UHGV virus genome: UHGV-0232315 | Source: a virus | Strand: one strand, 5' to 3' | Length of the DNA stretch: 35,654 nt | Shown: positions 35,516 to 35,654 of the stretch, one piece after another | Layout: each line of letters starts with the position of its first letter | Numbering within the stretch: position 1 is the stretch's first letter | Notes under the pieces: generated by a model | Database searches by the model: none | What the model was told of the DNA's origin: nothing | The model's input: only the letters and a program-made list of their open reading frames with translations | Position numbers and translations under genes: made by a program

Positions 35516-35654
35516 ATGCAGGACTATTTTTTGGAGTCTTTGAAGCTCCAGCGCATTGATTTTTTTCTTAAGCTTGTCGCGGCTAGTGAGTGTAGTGATG
35601 AAGAGAAGGGGCTGGCTCTGCAGTGGGTTTCTGAACTAACAGATGAACTCATGG
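35516..35654 (+). CDS. Hypothetical protein, 3'-truncated by the window end
   Basis: AGGAGG RBS, ATG 35516, frame open to the last base (MQDYFLESLKLQRIDFFLKLVAASECSDEEKGLALQWVSELTDELM...). Confidence 0.5.
   Translation, partial: MQDYFLESLKLQRIDFFLKLVAASECSDEEKGLALQWVSELTDELM

Larger units (their letters stand above)
1..35654. mobile_element. P2-family (186-like) temperate phage genome, near-complete, in episomal gene order
   Basis: Colinear P2-type late operons (Q,P / O,N,M,L,X,holin,lysozyme,lysA,B,C,R,S / V,W,J,I,H,G / FI,FII,E,T,U,D,ogr), then integrase, 186-type CI-Apl-CII switch and replication gene A; ogr lies 165 bp from int, which is not the integrated-prophage arrangement. Confidence 0.85.

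Overview
The window reads as one essentially complete temperate phage genome of the P2 family, 186-like subtype, from an enterobacterial host (inferred from gene order and protein similarity recalled from memory; no searches were run). The gene order is episomal rather than integrated: the late operons (Q/P, then O through ogr) are followed by an att-like region, int, a 186-type CI/Apl/CII switch, an early operon and replication gene A. Both window ends cut through open reading frames. Superimposed on this conserved backbone are five visibly AT-rich accessory islands at positions where P2-like phages typically carry cargo: (1) 384-1525, a translationally coupled PRTase + DprA/SLOG-like pair that resembles ShosTA; (2) 1949-4285, a 778-aa ABC-type ATPase with a CxxC hook that resembles the anticodon nuclease RloC; (3) 13091-13621, an antisense gene of unknown function between tail genes S and V; (4) 27027-28555, a small secreted Cys-rich peptide plus a KAP-family P-loop NTPase inserted into the lysogenic cI-int operon; (5) 31069-32924, a Dam-type adenine methyltransferase coupled to a PAPS-reductase/DndC-like PP-loop protein just before gene A. 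I rank the KAP cassette as the best candidate for an undescribed system because I cannot match it to any named system and its position implies expression in the lysogen. Other directly visible signals are TGT-N12-ACA late-promoter dyads, a -1 frameshift site for E/E', four tandem 168-bp repeats in tail fibre gene H, and a hairpin that sequesters the int ribosome-binding site.
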